DNA of 64,000 nucleotides from Rhizodiscina lignyota (Eukaryota): NCBI GenBank assembly GCA_010015805.1, contig ML978129.1, positions 1,488,001 to 1,552,000 of the forward strand, read 5' to 3'. Shown piece by piece: positions 61,538 to 64,000 of this stretch (position 1 is its first letter; each line of letters starts with the position of its first letter). The notes under the pieces were generated by a model. It saw only the letters and a program-made list of their open reading frames with translations, ran no database searches and was not told where the DNA came from. The position numbers and the translations under genes were made by a program.

Positions 61538-64000
61538 CGTGATTTGTATCGAGTCTGAAAGTCCTGTTTGCCAAATGAAGTGGTTTGAATGAGAGCGAGA
61601 AGCAATAATCTGCGGTCATTCCATCCGGTGGAACGATGTCTTCTTGCCCACCGGATAAGTATCCGCTGTTAAATATGGAAGAAACCCAATCGTACGTCGG
61701 CCCATCTGGCGAAGCTTTCGATGCTCTCAACCGCCGGCTAAATGTCCGTGATGACGTAAAAGGGCATTTGCTGGTCGAGAGTCTCGAGACTGATATTCCG
61801 ACTGACGCGACAAACGCGTAAATGCGAGGGCGTGGAGAAGCTGCATTTTACGTCGACTGCAACTTTAGCACGCATGTAGATGGTTTTTATTAGGATGCAT
61901 ATTCGAAAGAGAGAATAATAATGAGGCATCGGGCGGGCCACCGGGAGTTCTGTAGGCCCCTGACATGGTTCTAAAATGGGTTTAGTCTGCGGAGCTTAAT
62001 CTTTCGTCTCGTCTCCTCCAGAGACCGCGTCGAAGCTGTTCTACGTATCTGATGACTTCTCGTCGATCGTATGTGGGACATGATTAGATACTATCGTCTT
62101 CAGAATTGGCCGCTCTTGTTGTACGGTCTCGCTGCTCTCAGTGGCCACTTCGTGACTCGGGGGCGTGCGGATTCTGAAGTTGACGCTGGTGGACTTGCTT
62201 GCAGTATCGCCTTTGTGTTCCTCTTCCTGTTGATTCCTTACTTTCTAGCTCGAATCCATGGCCCATGCGTCGTTGGTCTCGTTACTACCTGGTTCTACGC
62301 CTGTTCTTTCGTCTCATCCATCTTATTCATTCGGAGCTCTTCCAGCGCATCGTTTGATTAACCAGCAAGTTATCATCCATTTTCAAAGTCTGTGCGTTTA
62401 TACTTCGTCACTCGTAGTATCTCGACGTCTGCTTTCTCCAATTTCGAAATAGGTTGTTGTGTCTGTAGAGCTCTCGAAATACTCTGTGCGTTTCGTGGAC
62501 AAAGCCGATATGATCCACACTTTTCCCTAGGGACCTATCATTTACGAAACAGCTACTATCCGGGCAGCGACATATTTGGATGAGGTTGCACATTTTAGAT
62601 AGCGCGGATCTAGAATGGTCAGTCTCGGCTGCCTCTGTTGCTGTTGCGATCTGTCAGATCACGATTGAAAAGCGTTGCTGAGGAGCGTTGGTTTCTGTGG
62701 GGAGTGGTTGTTGTTATATGCGGCTGTGGCGCATAGTGCTTGGATGTGCCTGTGTGCTATTTTTCATACTGTGTTATATGTACAGCTCGCGTATTCTAAT
62801 CCCTGTGCTTTCGAGCACTGGTTGGGAAAACATCAGGTAATGCTGAGTTTATCCTGGCCCCTCTTGCCCTTAGGGGCTGAGACCTCGTTGAGACGGACTG
62901 GGGGGTTCAGGTTTTTTTGCCCTTTGCTACAAAAGGGTCGAAACCCACAAGGGTAACTTTATTCTCCACTTTTTTCTTCTCTTCTTCTTTTTCACCTGTC
63001 CACGCAGTACTTGTTTGTCTTATGCTAAATCAGTAATTAGTGCAACTTATGATATATACGGCTCGAATAATGACACAGCTTTGATTGCTCTCTTCAATCT
63101 GCACTGCCTAGGTATTTGCTCTAAACTATTCCATTTTGTCGCAATTTATTCAGCGTTATAGCTAGTCCTAGATAGCCACCTTACCAAGTTACTATTCGCA
63201 TTCCATATTGAACTTCGAAAATCATCACTAATGGCCTCAATTCTCCCCGTAGCAGTCAGACAACGGAACCGACAACGAGACCACTTTTCGCCTTGACGTT
63301 TAATTGGCATTGTTATGGTCTTGACGCCGACGCGCTATTTACAAGGTTCTGGTCGCTCCGATGTGTTTTCGGGTTGATAAGACATTTTACCGTTAGGCAA
63401 GCTTAACGCCTTAGCCTGATCGGGTCTCACACTTCAACGCAAGCGAGACTATATCTAAAAGCTCACTTATACGTTATTTCCAATGTACTAAACACTAGCA
63501 ACCCATTGAAAAGGTTGTTCACTTTGATGGTTATAGAGGCTTACATCAGAGCCGTTTAGTGCCTTAAAAGCTACGCTGCTACGGTAACCCTTTTTGTTAC
63601 CCTCGAGATATACAAGGAGAGCATGATTGGAGCATGTGCCTTGTCAGAGAGAAGTGGTTGATAGAGCCATCGAGACGAGACGTGAGATGTTGGTATCGGT
63701 TGTTGAGCTGTATATGCTTGTGCAAGCTGCAGATGAAGGCTAATTGATCTATGGAAAGGCTTTCAACTATTGCGAAATGCTCCTTGAATCTTTGAACTTT
63801 GGACACTTTGAAGTTGAGCTTTCTATCTCAACTCCGCCGATTCTTATGCACACCCTCTTCCGCGCCTGTTGCCCCAGTTGCGTTTCTTACTTTTCATTAC
63901 TAGACAGTGCTCTATCAAGCCTTCCACATTGATTATCTGAAGTCCTATGCACTTTGGAATTGAGCTTGCTGCTTCGTAGCTGCCGCGCGTGATATTCGCC

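Noticed and set aside
62960..64000. AT-richer gene-free end as a transposon or Starship boundary
   Set aside because: No transposase or recombinase remnants, terminal repeats or target-site duplication visible within the window.

Overview
Eukaryotic DNA from a filamentous ascomycete (Pezizomycotina; short GT-AG introns with CTRAC branch sites, about 24 genes in 64 kb). The left and central parts are mostly conserved housekeeping genes, often in divergent pairs: APC1/bimE (partial)-NUP37, eIF2A, BTN1-RXT3, FBP26, TSR4-SGT1/Ecd, EXO1-acyl-CoA dehydrogenase, a GST, a GH93 and GPI1-AMO1. Lineage-specific genes lie between them: a tandem winged-helix protein facing a repeat-rich orphan, a Lys-rich orphan, a PLOD-like glycosyltransferase, a MYND protein and a Git3-like GPCR. 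The right end looks accessory, with a PAN/apple-repeat membrane protein, a HET-domain gene, a 60-aa ORF, an SDR and a divergent 6-phosphogluconate dehydrogenase. The strongest unexplained signals are: (1) a ~260-nt multi-branched RNA fold between NUP37 and eIF2A; (2) the convergent orphan pair that seems to share a PH-like module; (3) a small ORF with a HeLo-like helix just upstream of the HET gene; (4) long, structured or alternative-start introns in RXT3, FBP26 and AMO1; and (5) a ~100-nt hairpin downstream of AMO1. No tRNA, rRNA, CRISPR array or intact transposon was recognised. All family calls come from recalled motifs, not database searches, and exon boundaries were read by eye.
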